From: Azolla caroliniana | Lineage: Eukaryota > Plantae > Polypodiophyta | Assembly (NCBI GenBank): GCA_043228905.1 | Contig: JBHGNT010000010.1 | Span: 16,368,001-16,432,000, forward strand | DNA: 64,000 nt | Direction of reading: 5' to 3' | Shown: in pieces, positions 61,099-64,000 of the stretch | How the letters are laid out: each line of letters opens with the position of its first letter | Position numbering within the stretch: the first letter of the stretch is position 1 | The notes under the pieces: generated by a model | What the model saw: the letters and a program-made list of their open reading frames with translations, nothing else | The model's database searches: none | Told to the model about the DNA's origin: nothing | Program-made: the position numbers and the translations under genes

Positions 61099-62455
61099 AT
61101 GCCTTCTTCTTCTTCTTCTTCTTCTTCTCATCCCCCCATCGATCCCCCTGAAACCCTGCTGCTCTCTGCACATCTCCATCTTCTCCCAGATTCTTGCTCT
61201 CTTGACCATCCACCACAAAGACGACGATCCGATCTGCTCCCAAGCCAGGATTCCTCGCCTCTGCTTCTTCGAGAACCCCTTGCTATCTGTTCCGACTCCG
61301 AGGAGGAAGACACTTATAGTAGCTCTTCAAACCACTCTATCATAACTCGGGAAGAAGCCGGTATCCATGAAGAGAAAACAACAGATCCAATAGACCTGGT
61401 AAAAGCTAAATCTTGTCATTCTTAACAATCTTTCTTGATATGGCTTCTTGCAAATGTTCTGTTCGTTTTTTTTTTTGGGTTTAAATCTCAAAGTGATTTG
61501 GGGGGGAGGGGGGGTTCAGAATGGGTTAGCTAGTAAAAATCCATTACGGTTGTCTTCTTTAATTTGAAAAACGATTACGTGATTCTCAAACTGGCTAGTT
61601 AAATCTCGAAGTGATTAGTTATATTTCGAAGCGATTAGTTAAATCTCAAAGCAATTTGTTAAATCCTAACATCTTTAGCTAAGATTCTAAGTGATTAGTT
61701 ATTTAAATCTCAAATTGGTTTCTTTGTTAAAGTTGAAATTGGTTTATATTGTCAAAGTTGAAATTGGTTTATATTGTCAAAGTTCAAACTGGTTAGTTAA
61801 ATATGAAAGCAATTAGTTAAATCCTGACATCCTTAGCTAAGTTTCAAAGTGTTTAGTTATTTAAATTTAAAAGTGGTTTCTTTCTTAAAGTTGAAATTGG
61901 TTTATATTGTTAAAGTTTAAACTGGTTATTTTATTTTGTTGAATCTTAGGCTGTTTATTTTCTTTTGTTAAATCTCAAAGTGGTTAGTTTTGGTTAAATC
62001 TCAGAGAGGTTATTTGTTGCTATTCATTTTCAAAGTGGTTATTTTGTTTCGTTAAATCTCAAAGTGGGTATTTTGTAAAAGATCTCATGGTGGTTATTTT
62101 TGTTAAAGCTTCTAAAGTAAATTTGAATTTGGTGTGAAGCAGGATAGTACAGATTCCCTAGCATCTCGTTGGACAGATGATAAGCACAGATCTTACCTGA
62201 CATTTATGGAGGAGAATTTTGTCAAAGATATGTATGAGAGAGAATACTGTGCGGTGGATGTGTGTGGTCACGAGGCCTGTCATCTAGGTGCAAACACTGT
62301 TGCACATTCTCAACAGAACAACGTCCATGAGGTCCCGATTCCACATAATTCTCATCATCAGTTTCATGTATTTTATACATATGGATGTACGTACGCATGA
62401 ACGTCCTGCATACAGATGTGTCTGTGACACGTATGTATGTATATGTATGTATATG

Positions 62456-62487
<32 letters not shown>

Positions 62488-64000
62488 TGTATATACCTGT
62501 GTTTGTATGTGTAAATATGAGTTAGGCATTGTTACATGCATATACATATATATATATATGTGTGTGTGTGCATTAAGTATGAATGTTTGTACAAATATGT
62601 GTGTGTGTGTGTGTATATATTTGTATATACATACACACACATGTAATTATTTGTATATATTTTTCTTTGTGCATGTATTAATTTCTATACATATCTATGT
62701 GTGTTTATATAAGTATCCATCTGGAATCTGCATCTATATTTGCAAGAAACTGTATTTCTAGACTCTATGTGCACCCTGCAAGTTTGGATATGTATTGTCT
62801 ATATTCTATGGATGTGCATATGTAATATACTCATACATGTATATGTAGATACACATAAGTATTTGCATATCCATGTCCTTATTATGGATATGTATGAGTT
62901 TGGAAATATACATGTAGATGTAGATGTATTTATATATATATATATATGGACATGGATACGAATATTGAAGAGGTTATGTGTTGCTTTCCAGTATATCTGG
63001 TATTAAAATTTGCATGCACAAATGTTGGTTGGCTGTGTGTCTAGTTCAAGTCATGGAAGAATGGTGATTGGCAACGGAGGAGGTCGATGCCGAGGCACCT
63101 TATACCATGGGCTCTCTTTCAAAACCCTTGGATAAATCATTTTCGTCACCCGGCCGCATCTCACATTGTTTCTGGCGACTCAGCTACGGCTAGCAATATG
63201 ATGAAAATGTCAAATAATACCCTCCTCGAATTACAAGAAAACGAGGAAGTGGAATCACAGCAATTAAAAGGACCTACAAATGCTGCCACTCAAATCATTT
63301 CTCACCATCAGAATGCATCAACCAACATAATTAGTGAGTTCTTCTACTTTTTTCCACCCCCCCCCCTTTCTTTTCTTTTCCAATAACTACTTTTATTTCT
63401 TTTTCTATTTTTGTGTATTCGTATATATTTGTTTCTGTTTTCACTCTTCTTTTCTATTTTTTTCACGTCTGAACCACTCGTCAAAATGCTTGATGCATTA
63501 GGATGATTTTTCACATAAGCTGTGCCATGGTGAGATAGTTTTTGTACTTTTCTTTGTTCGGTTTCTTTTGAACAACTAGTCAAATGCACAACATATGATT
63601 CTGGTCTTATGCTTTTAACACATGTGCATAACTTAGCTTAAGACATTGTAGTATGTATATTCACAATTTTCTTGCTGCAAATTGCTGGTTTTCGCACGTG
63701 AAATTTCTGTCTACCAAGCATATTTCTGGCAATCATTTTGTTAAATCAAAGGAGTTCTTTAACCATTATAGATGAGGATACTGACAAAATTTATGTTCCA
63801 GATAGCAAGATTCAGGATGCATGTGGAAGTATGAAGGTGGACACATTGAACCATCAGGATGCAAGTGGAAGTATGAAGGTGAACATATCTAACCATCAGG
63901 AGGCAAGTGGAAGTATGAAGGTGGACACATCAAACCATCAAGTGGCTTTTCCCGAAACACAATGTCTCACAAGTTTTATAACACCAAGAAAGAGGAATTT
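61099..64000 (+). CDS. COR27: COR27/COR28-like cold- and clock-regulated protein, 3'-incomplete. Exons 61099-61398, 62143-62331, 63045-63333, about 63802 to beyond 64000
   Basis: WTDDKHRSYLTFMEENFVKDMY (family motif WTDEKH..YL..ME..FV..LY), FKSWKNGDWQ and NPWINHFR, with in-phase GT-AG junctions. The start codon and the last acceptor are less certain. Confidence 0.8.
61590..62110. repeat. Degenerate minisatellite (GTTAAATCTCAAAGTG..TAGTT-like units) in COR27-like intron 1
   Basis: Seen directly in the sequence. Confidence 0.75.
62430..62950. repeat. Compound (TATG)n/(TA)n/(TG)n low-complexity tract in COR27-like intron 2
   Basis: Seen directly in the sequence. Confidence 0.9.

Noticed and set aside
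60485-61345. Overlapping ORFs with poly-R/K/E/F/L tracts near the COR27-like 5' end
   Set aside because: Artefacts of (GAA)n/(CTT)n microsatellites and a GC-rich promoter. Only the frame starting at 61099 splices into the conserved exon.
62284-63006. ORFs rich in C/V/Y/M/I/H/T
   Set aside because: Translations of intronic (TATG)n/(TG)n microsatellite.

Overview
AT-rich eukaryotic genomic DNA with spliceosomal introns. Gene content indicates a land plant; a fern or other seed-free lineage is my inference, not a demonstration. I reconstructed six protein-coding genes by reading splice sites: (1) the last five exons of PRMT7 (+); (2) a WRKY19-like Cys/His 'HGGG-x-RC' zinc-finger repeat gene with an intronless CDS (-), preceded by an intron-split upstream ORF; (3) a plant PAXX-like NHEJ factor (+, 7 exons); (4) mitochondrial NDUFAF7 (-, 10 exons); (5) a type II membrane-anchored six-repeat kelch protein (+, 7 exons); (6) a COR27/COR28-like gene (+, runs off the window) whose promoter is dense in evening elements and G-box/ABRE motifs. 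Introns and intergenic DNA hold two decayed L1 LINEs, several LINE 3' fragments, Copia remnants, two solo LTRs with 5-bp TSDs, two non-autonomous hAT-type elements with 8-bp TSDs, and many tandem repeats. No rRNA, tRNA or CRISPR was seen. Family names come from my recollection of homologue motifs, not from a database search. The best leads are the spliced uORF, the membrane-anchored kelch protein and the EE+ABRE promoter.
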